A stretch of DNA of 64,000 bases from Escherichia coli (GCF_050320075.1 NZ_CP190018.1), one strand, 5' to 3'. Positions 1 to 7,841 are shown, counted from the first letter of the stretch. Notes: generated from the letters alone by a model not told the origin. Numbers and translations: made by a program.

Positions 1-2
1 AT

Positions 3-155
3 AACGTTAAGGGCGTTGCAGAGGGTTCTAAGGCCATCAGAATCACAACGGACCAACTGGAACTACTCAAAGCACAGTCCGCAGTAGCAGGTTGCTCAAT
101 GATTCAGGTGTTAAGCGCAAAGGTCCATCAATTAGCGGATAGGCTGGGGGTTTAA
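3..155 (+). CDS. 3' end of an unknown ORF running in from upstream of the window (partial, about 50 codons visible)
   Basis: Open frame from position 3 with no stop until TAA at 153-155; that stop overlaps the ATG at 155 of the next ORF (TAATG). Not in the ORF track because it has no start inside the window. Confidence 0.3.
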   Translation, partial: NVKGVAEGSKAIRITTDQLELLKAQSAVAGCSMIQVLSAKVHQLADRLGV

Positions 156-580
156 TGCTATGCACATTTGATTATCATGCGTTTTATCGCCATAGAGGCC
201 ACCTTGTCCGTGAGAATAGCGGAACATGGAAAGATTTAACTCGTAATGCTGAACCCTTCACACACCAGCAATTAAAATCCCGCTTCTCCAGATGGAAGAA
301 TGCACCAGCAGATACTGGTGATTTTGAGATTATCCATACCTTCGATTATGCCTCAGAAGATGACCTTCACGATGCAATTAAGCTGATTGAAGACTTCAAT
401 ACCTCAGAAGATGTGGATGGTGACAAATATAAATCCCGTGGTAACCGCTATAACCGTGATGATATCACTCAGGCCATAAATGCTGGTCAATCTCAGCGAT
501 ACATTACAGAAAAATATGGTATTTCACGGAGACAGTATTTCTACGTTAAATCATTGATTAATAAAGACAATTCAAAATAA
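155..580 (+). CDS. hypothetical protein, 141 aa, with a C-terminal helix-turn-helix-like segment
   Basis: ORF-track ORF; ATG overlaps the upstream stop (TAATG); C-terminal stretch DDITQAINAGQSQRYITEKYGISRRQYFYV resembles a DNA-binding HTH; AT-rich codon usage like the rest of the element. Confidence 0.5.
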   Translation: MLCTFDYHAFYRHRGHLVRENSGTWKDLTRNAEPFTHQQLKSRFSRWKNAPADTGDFEIIHTFDYASEDDLHDAIKLIEDFNTSEDVDGDKYKSRGNRYNRDDITQAINAGQSQRYITEKYGISRRQYFYVKSLINKDNSK

Positions 581-717
581 CCATCTCAGTAACGGTAGAA
601 TGCACTTTACAGGCAGAGTTGCACCTTAATTTGATAAATTACCTTACCAGCCAGTGCAACTCCCTCTGTAACCCGCATGATTACTGGTCTCAGAATGGCT
701 ATTTTAAGAGGTCTGAG

Positions 718-1065
718 ATGTGTTTTGTAGGAGATTTAAAAATGAACAACTTCCCATTACAGATTTTCGTTGATAACGACACCGCTATGATGGTGCAAAG
801 CTTCAGTGATGCAGGTATTAGCATTGATTTTGACAGGCTGTTAAAGCTAATGGCTGATAATGAAGAAAACGTCTCTGACTTTATTCACTCGGTGGAGTTT
901 AACGAGCCTCGAATGATGTTACCAATTACAGACAGTAATATGAAAAGATTGGTTATTGAGCAAACGAACAAATACAGTATTTCCCCAGAGCAATTTTTGA
1001 AAGGTGCTGTGACAATCCTGTACAGCGATAATATTTTGGTTACGGATTCCGTGAGGGTTCACTAA
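718..1065 (+). CDS. hypothetical protein, about 115 aa (alternative start at 742)
   Basis: ORF-track ORF 619..1065 begins at a TTG; a better start is ATG 718 preceded by AAGAGG (706-711), or ATG 742 preceded by GGAG. No recognisable motif. Confidence 0.45.
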   Translation: MCFVGDLKMNNFPLQIFVDNDTAMMVQSFSDAGISIDFDRLLKLMADNEENVSDFIHSVEFNEPRMMLPITDSNMKRLVIEQTNKYSISPEQFLKGAVTILYSDNILVTDSVRVH

Positions 1066-1142
1066 TGGGCTTAATAATTGCTTGGACGTTGCTTGGCTTA
1101 TTTGTTGGTTGCTGGGTAGGCAGCACAGTAAATAGAAATTGA
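1065..1142 (+). CDS. candidate 25-aa hydrophobic micro-protein (MGLIIAWTLLGLFVGCWVGSTVNRN)
   Basis: ATG at 1065-1067 overlaps the TAA stop of the preceding ORF (TAATG); a single predicted transmembrane stretch followed by a polar tail; too short to appear in the ORF track. Confidence 0.3.
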   Translation: MGLIIAWTLLGLFVGCWVGSTVNRN

Positions 1143-1166
1143 TGTTACCAATCTGTTAAAAAGCTG

Positions 1167-1195
1167 TTGACAAATAACCTTAAGCATGAGATGAT
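1167..1195 (+). promoter_or_regulatory. sigma70-like promoter candidate (TTGACA, 17-bp spacer, TGn-GATGAT)
   Basis: Perfect -35 hexamer TTGACA at 1167-1172, 17-bp spacer, TG at 1187-1188 and a weak -10 GATGAT at 1190-1195; followed immediately by a short GAGAG/CTCTC hairpin and a T-run. Confidence 0.35.
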
Positions 1196-1359
1196 GGTAA
1201 TAGGGGAGAGCAACTCTCTCTTATTTTTCTTTCAAAATAATCCGATGGATGGATATTCTGAATTGGAAAGGTGCAATGCTTTTCGTCATGGCCTTTCAGT
1301 TTAGTCTGAGAGGCTATCTCAAAAAGTGCTTAATCATTCATTGAACCCTTTACAGCTTT

Positions 1360-1388
1360 GCCCTAACTCATGATTAGGGCTTTCTTTA
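1360..1388 (+). terminator. intrinsic-terminator-like hairpin (GCCCTAA / TTAGGGC) followed by TTTCTTT
   Basis: Perfect 7-bp inverted repeat at 1360-1366 and 1374-1380 with a 7-nt loop, then a U-rich tract. Confidence 0.4.
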
Positions 1389-1636
1389 AGAGTTTTTAAA
1401 CAGAGCTTTTAAAGAAAGTTTTTCCTGAAACTTCGTTAACGTTAAAGCAAACCTTCAAAGCCCTTCACAGATGAGGATGATTCCATGAATATCCGAATCA
1501 CCTATGTTTAGGGCTTTTTTCAGCTTTTAAAAAGCATACTTGGCAAACGCCTTTTAAGCCTCTTCTAAGTTCGAGGATGTCAGGTGTGCTTTTTAAAAAC
1601 TGAAACATAAATTATCTTAGAAGAGGAAAGGTATTA

Positions 1637-2341
1637 ATGGCTATCCGTGATGAAAATGAAATGATTATTGAAAACAAACCAAGTGCACTTGATATTCACG
1701 AATTAAGTTTGCGTGAATCTTTTGATAGAGCTTGGCGGGAATCACACGAAGTAAATAAAGGTCCATATATTCCACCAGAACCACTCGAGATTCCAAGAGT
1801 TGAAATTGATTTTTCTATGAACGAACGGTGTGAACTTGATTTGAAGTTGAAGCTACAACGCCGATATTTCCAAGCTATTAAAGACTCTCAAGAAGCAATG
1901 AGAAGTGTTTATGAGAAAATTCAGTCCAAGCTTGAAGACGAAATTGACGAAATGGCTATTTTGATGGAGCTTCAAACCAATCCTTATGCTTATTTCTCTC
2001 GACTAGACCGTGACGGTTGGGGGTATGACCCTGTAGAGATTGGTAAAGTGATTGCAGATTTACCAGAAGGTCAAAGGGTTATTCGTACGGAAAGGGCCAT
2101 CAGAGCGCCACATCAACTGTCTCTAATTGTTGCTGATAAATCACAAGCTGAGCTTGAAGAAATTGCCAAAGAGAAACTGATGAAAGCAAGAGAAAATGAG
2201 ATTAATTTGCTGAAATCAAGACTGGCTAAGCTGATTAGTGACCATCAAGCGCTGGCTAAGGAGTACCGTCAAGAGTTGGCACAGATTATCAGCTTCAATG
2301 ATTTTCTGAGTGTTCCACGAGAATTTAGCAAGGCTGTTTGA
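1637..2341 (+). CDS. hypothetical acidic protein, 234 aa
   Basis: Strong RBS (AGAGGAAAGG) 7 nt upstream of the ATG; glutamate- and lysine-rich with an apparently helical C-terminal half; no motif recognised. Confidence 0.6.
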   Translation: MAIRDENEMIIENKPSALDIHELSLRESFDRAWRESHEVNKGPYIPPEPLEIPRVEIDFSMNERCELDLKLKLQRRYFQAIKDSQEAMRSVYEKIQSKLEDEIDEMAILMELQTNPYAYFSRLDRDGWGYDPVEIGKVIADLPEGQRVIRTERAIRAPHQLSLIVADKSQAELEEIAKEKLMKARENEINLLKSRLAKLISDHQALAKEYRQELAQIISFNDFLSVPREFSKAV

Positions 2342-2364
2342 TTATGAATTAAAAGAGGTGATTA

Positions 2365-2583
2365 ATGTATGAAGACCGTTTGGAAACTATCAAGGCAGTT
2401 TGTGAAAAACTTAAAAACCAACCACGTAAACCAAAAACGGTAAAGAGTAAGCATCAGCCTGTCACCTCAAACAGCAAAATAAAGATTCGCAAAATTCCTT
2501 CGTGGTGCATTGACCGTATTCCGGTTGGTTCAAGAATTATTCGTGAAGATGGTGATTATCATTGGGTATCAGTTGTTGGTTAG
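2365..2583 (+). CDS. hypothetical small basic protein, 72 aa
   Basis: RBS AAAGAGGTGA upstream of the ATG; lysine/arginine-rich; followed by an intrinsic terminator. Confidence 0.5.
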   Translation: MYEDRLETIKAVCEKLKNQPRKPKTVKSKHQPVTSNSKIKIRKIPSWCIDRIPVGSRIIREDGDYHWVSVVG

Positions 2584-2598
2584 TTAGTAAAAATCTAC

Positions 2599-2638
2599 GG
2601 GAGAGATTATCGAGTGATATCGGTAGCTCTCCCTTTTT
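2599..2638 (+). terminator. rho-independent terminator
   Basis: GGGAGAG (2599-2605) pairs with CTCTCCC (2627-2633), followed by TTTTT. Confidence 0.55.
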
Positions 2639-2671
2639 CGTATATGAACACTTAAGAGGTGAAAAATATGA

Positions 2672-4804
2672 ATGAGCAAATTCACAGTTGATAGTTTTAT
2701 CGTTGAATTAAGCTTCAATGAAAACATTATTAAGGGCTTGCAAAGAGTTGAAAAGGCAGCTTTGCAGTCAGCACAAAGAATTGAAAAGAACCTAAATAAA
2801 GGTTTCAGGATTAATACAAAGCAGCTTGATAGTAATTTAACGGCTTCTTTAGGGCAGCTTGAAAGGAAGTTTAATAAGGCCTTTGACAAGATTGAACAGA
2901 GAGCAAGAAATACTAAAGCTTTCCAGTTTACCACCAGATTTAATGACACTGTTAATCCTCCAAAACAACCGAGACAGCCACGAATTAGCGGCAACAGAGC
3001 AATCACAGCAGCTTACTCAGCGAATATGAGCAAGCTAAAAGGCTTTGACCCTATTTTGCAGAAATACATCAAATCTCAGTTTTACGGGCTATCTGCTAAA
3101 GCCGGTTCAATGGATTCTTCAAAATTCAATGAGAAGTTAGCTCAGTTAAACGCTTCAGTCAGAGAAGCAATTGCTAAAGCCAGAGGTCATACATCCACCA
3201 GCATTAATGGTGACAGAGCAGCTAATAGTCTTGATAACCTGTCTTCAGCAGCAGTTAAAACAGCAGGTGCATTTATCTCAATGCAGGCTGTATTAGCCAG
3301 TTATCAGAAGATTATGGAAATTGGTTTACAGCGTGCAAGTGCTGAACGTTCAATTGATTTCGTATTTGATAAAGATGCAGGTCAAGTAAAAGAGTTCACA
3401 AAGTCATTAGCTCAAACAACGGGTTTAGATATCGCTGAACTGCAATCACAGTTTGCTGGTTTTGGTGCTTCAGCTAAAGAGTCTATGGGCATTCAAGGTT
3501 CTGAAGAACTTTTTAAAAATATGATTGGCTATGCTCGTCTGATGGGGAGAAGTGAAGAAGAGATTAAGCGAGCACTGACAGCATTATCACAGATGGCTGG
3601 TAAGGGTCAGGTTATGGCTGAAGAGCTTAAGGGGCAATTAGCTGAAGCTGTTCCTGGTATGGTTCAGGTATTCGCTAAAGCAACCGGAAGGAATGAACAA
3701 GAGCTATTTGATGCCATGAAGAAGGGGGCTTTAAAATCTGCCGATACTCTTCAGAAGGTCACTCAGGAACTGAATAAACAAATCACCGCTAAAGGTGGCT
3801 GGAAAGCTATTTCAGAAAGTACACAGGCACAACTAGGGAACCTGAAAAACTCTTGGAATACCACGCTTGATAGTATCTTCAGAGGTTCTGAAGATGGTCT
3901 GCAAGATTTTACAAGAAGCTTAACAACGCTTTTAAACGCTCTTGGTGGAAGTGGTAAAAGTCTTGGTGAATCTCTTGGTAGTCTCATGACTTCTATGTCA
4001 CATGGTGTCGATTCATTGACTGATATCAGCTACAGGGTAAGAGCATTCTTCGATGAGGTGACATTAGCTTACCGTTCACTAAATGACACTCAGAAAAAAA
4101 TTGTTGATGGTTTATCTGATGGGTTAATTGATGGTTTGAAGATGCTTGCCGTAGCTGTTACTGCTCAAAAGGCTGCAAATGTAGCTGGAGGCTTGTTAAA
4201 CCTTGCAAATGCTGTTACTTCATTCGGTGATGCTGTTAATAAAGCTAAAGCTGGCAAGGCTGGTTCTTCAGGTGGTGCGCTAAATAAAGTTGGTAGAGTT
4301 GTTCTTTATGCTGAGTTGGTGAACTTTGCTCTTGATAATTTAAACCCTGAAGCGGCTAAGAATCCGAACTTACACCAATCAGGTATTGGAACAGAGACAA
4401 ACTTCAACCCTGAATACAAAGGCGATTCATCTAAACCAAACCAAATTAATGATGGATGGGCTAAGATTGGTAGTTCTATCGCTGACTGGTTTAATGGTGC
4501 GGCTAATAAAATTGCTAACTTCCAAGACCCGATGAATAACTTTGTTAATAACACACAATCAACTCCACCAGCTATCACAGGTGACATGGTTAATAGCAAT
4601 GCTCAACTTGCTATGGCTGTATCAGAGTTAGGAAGAAAGGTAGACGCTTTAACAGTAGAAGCTAAGAAGCCTTTATCAGTTAATATCAAAGGTGAAGCAA
4701 TTGTTAGACCGGATGAACCAGCTTTCTTTACTTTCAATCAATCAGCTAATGACCAGTTCACGCAGGATATGCTCTTAAGTTCAAGCTATCCAGAGGAAGA
4801 ATGA
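2672..4804 (+). CDS. phage tail tape-measure-domain protein (TMP-like), 710 aa
   Basis: RBS AAGAGGTG upstream; helical, alanine/glycine/lysine-rich; the segment ALTALSQMAGKGQVMAEELKGQLAEAVPGMVQVFAKATGRNEQELFDAMKKGALKSADTLQKV matches, from memory, the conserved core of phage tape-measure proteins. Confidence 0.6.
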   Translation: MSKFTVDSFIVELSFNENIIKGLQRVEKAALQSAQRIEKNLNKGFRINTKQLDSNLTASLGQLERKFNKAFDKIEQRARNTKAFQFTTRFNDTVNPPKQPRQPRISGNRAITAAYSANMSKLKGFDPILQKYIKSQFYGLSAKAGSMDSSKFNEKLAQLNASVREAIAKARGHTSTSINGDRAANSLDNLSSAAVKTAGAFISMQAVLASYQKIMEIGLQRASAERSIDFVFDKDAGQVKEFTKSLAQTTGLDIAELQSQFAGFGASAKESMGIQGSEELFKNMIGYARLMGRSEEEIKRALTALSQMAGKGQVMAEELKGQLAEAVPGMVQVFAKATGRNEQELFDAMKKGALKSADTLQKVTQELNKQITAKGGWKAISESTQAQLGNLKNSWNTTLDSIFRGSEDGLQDFTRSLTTLLNALGGSGKSLGESLGSLMTSMSHGVDSLTDISYRVRAFFDEVTLAYRSLNDTQKKIVDGLSDGLIDGLKMLAVAVTAQKAANVAGGLLNLANAVTSFGDAVNKAKAGKAGSSGGALNKVGRVVLYAELVNFALDNLNPEAAKNPNLHQSGIGTETNFNPEYKGDSSKPNQINDGWAKIGSSIADWFNGAANKIANFQDPMNNFVNNTQSTPPAITGDMVNSNAQLAMAVSELGRKVDALTVEAKKPLSVNIKGEAIVRPDEPAFFTFNQSANDQFTQDMLLSSSYPEEE

Positions 4805-4967
4805 TTTCTTATATATCCGTGTGCTACGTGATTTCTTCTGAACAGATATACCCACTAAAAATTATTTTTTACGTAGCTCACGCTTAACAGAGAAAATACT
4901 TATATATCAAAGGCTTGGTTAAAAATGATTAAAATACACTAAGCCTTTGAAATCAAAGGAGAATTTA

Positions 4968-5741
4968 ATGATTTACTCTAATCAGATTCGTTACAGTGGT
5001 AAAGATGGCGTTTACTTTCATCTACAAGGCCAGCCAGATAATTTCTTGTCACTATCAGCTACTGAGAACATGGAATTTGACAGCCCTATGATGGTTACCA
5101 CTCAAAATATGCAATCAGGGCAGACTGTCACAGATAATGTAATGCGTTCACCCAGAACTATTTCAATCAGTGGTGTGGTTGTAGTTGGTGAATCCGGTAG
5201 TATCCTTATCTCAAGAGATAATAAGCTGGTGGAAAACTTCATAGACACTCTTGAAAACTGGCGTGACCAGAAGCAAATTATCTCAGTTGTCTGTAAAGAT
5301 GGTATTAAGATTGACGACTCAATTATTACAAACTTTAAAGCCTCTAAAGATGTTGGTATTGCCAATGGTCTTAGAATCCAATTAACTTTTCAGGAAATTA
5401 ACTTTAAAGCTATTGTGGGTCAGACTGATATCTCGGCTGCGACCGGAAGGACTTCTACCACAAGTGATGGTGGTGCTACCAGTAAAAAGAATACAGGGAA
5501 CACTACGACAAGCTTAGGTAACGGTATGTTGATGTGTCAGGAGCTATATAATCGCTCTACGAGTGAACTTACTAATGAGCAACTTCAAGCCCGTATCAAT
5601 TGTGGTAAAAATGTCAGAGTTAAGAACGGAAAAAGCACCTTCTCAGATGCCGCTAATGAGCAAGCTTCAAAGGTGCTTAATAATGCTGGTACAGGTAGTA
5701 CTTTGAAGAAGTATTCTGTTAATCCTAACAAGCGATACTGA
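4968..5741 (+). CDS. hypothetical protein, 257 aa; possibly a distal-tail-like protein, judged only by position after the tape-measure gene
   Basis: ORF-track ORF 4947..5741 begins at a TTG; preferred start is ATG 4968 preceded by AAGGAG. The N-terminal half looks beta-strand-rich and the C-terminal half is Ser/Thr/Gly/Asn-rich. Confidence 0.5.
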   Translation: MIYSNQIRYSGKDGVYFHLQGQPDNFLSLSATENMEFDSPMMVTTQNMQSGQTVTDNVMRSPRTISISGVVVVGESGSILISRDNKLVENFIDTLENWRDQKQIISVVCKDGIKIDDSIITNFKASKDVGIANGLRIQLTFQEINFKAIVGQTDISAATGRTSTTSDGGATSKKNTGNTTTSLGNGMLMCQELYNRSTSELTNEQLQARINCGKNVRVKNGKSTFSDAANEQASKVLNNAGTGSTLKKYSVNPNKRY

Positions 5742-5755
5742 CGATAGAATCTCAA

Positions 5756-7279
5756 CTATATGATAACCTCATCAACATCTATTAAACCCCTCTCAGTGAC
5801 TTCAGAAAGCGACTGTATAGCCTCTGTAACGTTGTCTGAGGGGTTTTCTGTTATTGGTAAGGTGATTGCTTTACCGTTGTGAAAAGTTACTTTACAGCGA
5901 CGTTTAGCAGTATTTAAAACGACCTCTTTAACAGCACTTTTGATTATCAGTTGTGCTTCAATCCTTCCCGCCTTTGTAGTCAAGTCACAATCAGACAAAC
6001 AACCCACATCAATAGATTTAAGGCGTTGTGTCTCCTTCTCGATATCCGCATCAACTTGTGATAGCTCATTCTTTAGTTGTCTTAGTTTGCTGGTAATAGC
6101 GGACAAGTCTTCAATTTCAAGTGATAGCTGTACCAGCTTTTCAATATTGCTTGAGATGTGTTCACGGTGTAGCTTCAGTGTGTCTATGGTATTCGTCATA
6201 TCGCTATCAAATCGGTCAAGACGAGATAGCAGGGCAAGCAATGTACCATCGGTTTGCTTACGTGAAAGTCCTTTAGCACTACAACGGTTTTCATTACGAA
6301 GAGGACAACGATAAATCCCGTTTCTTGTATCGCTAAAGCCTGTGATAATCAAAGCATGACCACATTCAGAACAACGGATAACACCTTTGAAAAGATTCAC
6401 AGCCATTGGCTTATCTGAAGCAGGTTTTCTACCGTAACGAGCATATGATAGTTGTTGAACTTTGTAGAATGTTGTTTCATCTATAATTGCAGGATAATAA
6501 CCAGATATCTCCTCACAGCCTTTAGGTGTGAAGTAACCAATTACAGAGCGATTCTTCAAAAGGTCTTGCACTGAGGTTTGACCAAACTTACCTGCTTTGT
6601 ACTGGTTAAGCGTCTGGTGACCTTCAGCATTAAGAGTTCTGACAATCTCCCAGATAGACTTACCCTCTAACCGTAGCTGAAAGCACCTCTTCACAGTCTC
6701 CACTTTCTCAGGTATCACAGAGAAGCTTTTACGGTCATCATTAAGCTTAAGCCATGCAGGACAACGCCTAGAAATCTTGATACCAGCTTTAGCAGCTTCT
6801 TTCTTTGCATCCCATGCAGCTTGTATACGCTCAGCCTTACGTAATGATTCCTCATGCGCCCTTTGCATTATCAAAATGCTTTTAATCAGAGCTAACGGGT
6901 CTTTAAGAGATTCCCTTGTGTAATGTTCACCATCGGACAGGGTGACTACATCTACACCAGAGCGAAGAATGTTTCTGAGTAGCTCACTTGCTTGGTCTAC
7001 GTCCTGACGTGAGAGACGGTCTAAACTCTCGATTAGTAGTGTATCACCAGCTTTAACAAGCCCTTTCTCGATAGCGGTTAAAAAGTCACCTAAGCCACCT
7101 TTCAAGTGCTTACCAGTGAACCCGCTAACGCCTAAATCACGAAAAGTAAGGGATTCATCCAGATAGTACTCAGGATGAGCCTTAAGCCAATCAGTGACCA
7201 TCTTAGCCTGTCGTCTTAATGAGTCGCCTCTGGATTGCTTCTCAGATGAAAACCGGATGTAACTGATTGCACGTTTCAT
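5756..7279 (-). CDS. large serine recombinase (phage-type serine integrase), 507 aa
   Basis: N-terminal resolvase-type catalytic domain (ISYIRFSSEKQSRGDSL...LLIESLDRLSRQ), a central recombinase region, a cysteine-rich zinc-ribbon-like motif (CSECGHALIITG...YRCPLRNENRCSAKG) and a coiled-coil C-terminus; convergent with the cargo genes and adjacent to the host junction. Confidence 0.85.
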   Translation of the reverse strand: MKRAISYIRFSSEKQSRGDSLRRQAKMVTDWLKAHPEYYLDESLTFRDLGVSGFTGKHLKGGLGDFLTAIEKGLVKAGDTLLIESLDRLSRQDVDQASELLRNILRSGVDVVTLSDGEHYTRESLKDPLALIKSILIMQRAHEESLRKAERIQAAWDAKKEAAKAGIKISRRCPAWLKLNDDRKSFSVIPEKVETVKRCFQLRLEGKSIWEIVRTLNAEGHQTLNQYKAGKFGQTSVQDLLKNRSVIGYFTPKGCEEISGYYPAIIDETTFYKVQQLSYARYGRKPASDKPMAVNLFKGVIRCSECGHALIITGFSDTRNGIYRCPLRNENRCSAKGLSRKQTDGTLLALLSRLDRFDSDMTNTIDTLKLHREHISSNIEKLVQLSLEIEDLSAITSKLRQLKNELSQVDADIEKETQRLKSIDVGCLSDCDLTTKAGRIEAQLIIKSAVKEVVLNTAKRRCKVTFHNGKAITLPITENPSDNVTEAIQSLSEVTERGLIDVDEVII

Positions 7280-7346
7280 TGTTCACCTCACCAATAGCAG
7301 TTGGGCTTGTACCAACCCCTAGATTGTATCGCTTTAGATGGTGTAT

Positions 7347-7841
7347 TTAAACGTGTCTAATAAAAATCACCCGATTAACGCCGCGCTGATGTAAACCGCG
7401 ATTAAGCGTTTGTTCCTCTTCCCCTTTGGCGAAAAACTGTGGATGGCGGACTTCCACACCATAATTAAATTCGCCGGGAAGGGAATCGAGAAAATGCCAA
7501 AGCGCAGGCAGATCCCGTGGGCCAAATGTGGCAGGCAGTTGCAGCCAGTATTGCCCAATGCGCGGCGCTAACGGTGACATGCGGGTCAAAAATTCAGTCA
7601 CTAAATCATCGCAATGCCGTAATGCTGCCTGATGCGAAATGGTCGCCGGAAACTTAAAACAGAAGCGAAAATTATCTGTGGTCTGCTCACGCCAGCGCAG
7701 GACAACCTCGGATTTCGGCAGGGCGTAAAGCGTGGTGTTGCCCTCCACACAGTTAAAGTGGCGGGCATACTCTTCAAGGCTGGTGATCCCCAACCGCACC
7801 CATTTAGGATGCGACCATTGCGGCAGACCGATGTAAATCAT
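7347..7841 (-). pseudogene. yecE: yecE (DUF72 family), 5' portion only: reading frame interrupted by the insertion
   Basis: N-terminus [29 protein letters not shown] matches recalled YecE; the frame stops after 164 codons (intact YecE is about 272 aa from memory) exactly where GC-rich host sequence changes to the AT-rich element. Confidence 0.7.

Noticed and set aside
1374-1520. Repeated TTAGGGCTTT motif considered as a CRISPR-like or iteron array
   Set aside because: Only two copies, unequal context and no regular spacer periodicity; not a CRISPR array. Kept in the findings only as a candidate regulatory motif.
2584-3006. 140-aa minus-strand ORF overlapping the terminator and the start of the tape-measure-like gene
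   Set aside because: Overlaps a strong terminator and a strongly supported + strand gene; no RBS.
5940-6314. 124-aa ORF on the + strand inside the serine integrase gene
   Set aside because: Embedded antisense within a confidently called recombinase; Ser/Cys-rich translation with no start context.
1-7300. Presence of a recognisable named defence system (restriction-modification, CBASS, retron, Gabija and similar) in the phage-like element
   Set aside because: No nuclease, ATPase, methyltransferase, reverse transcriptase, TIR/SIR2 or cyclase motifs were visible in any of the cargo ORFs. Any defence role would have to be novel and is flagged only as a hypothesis in the findings.
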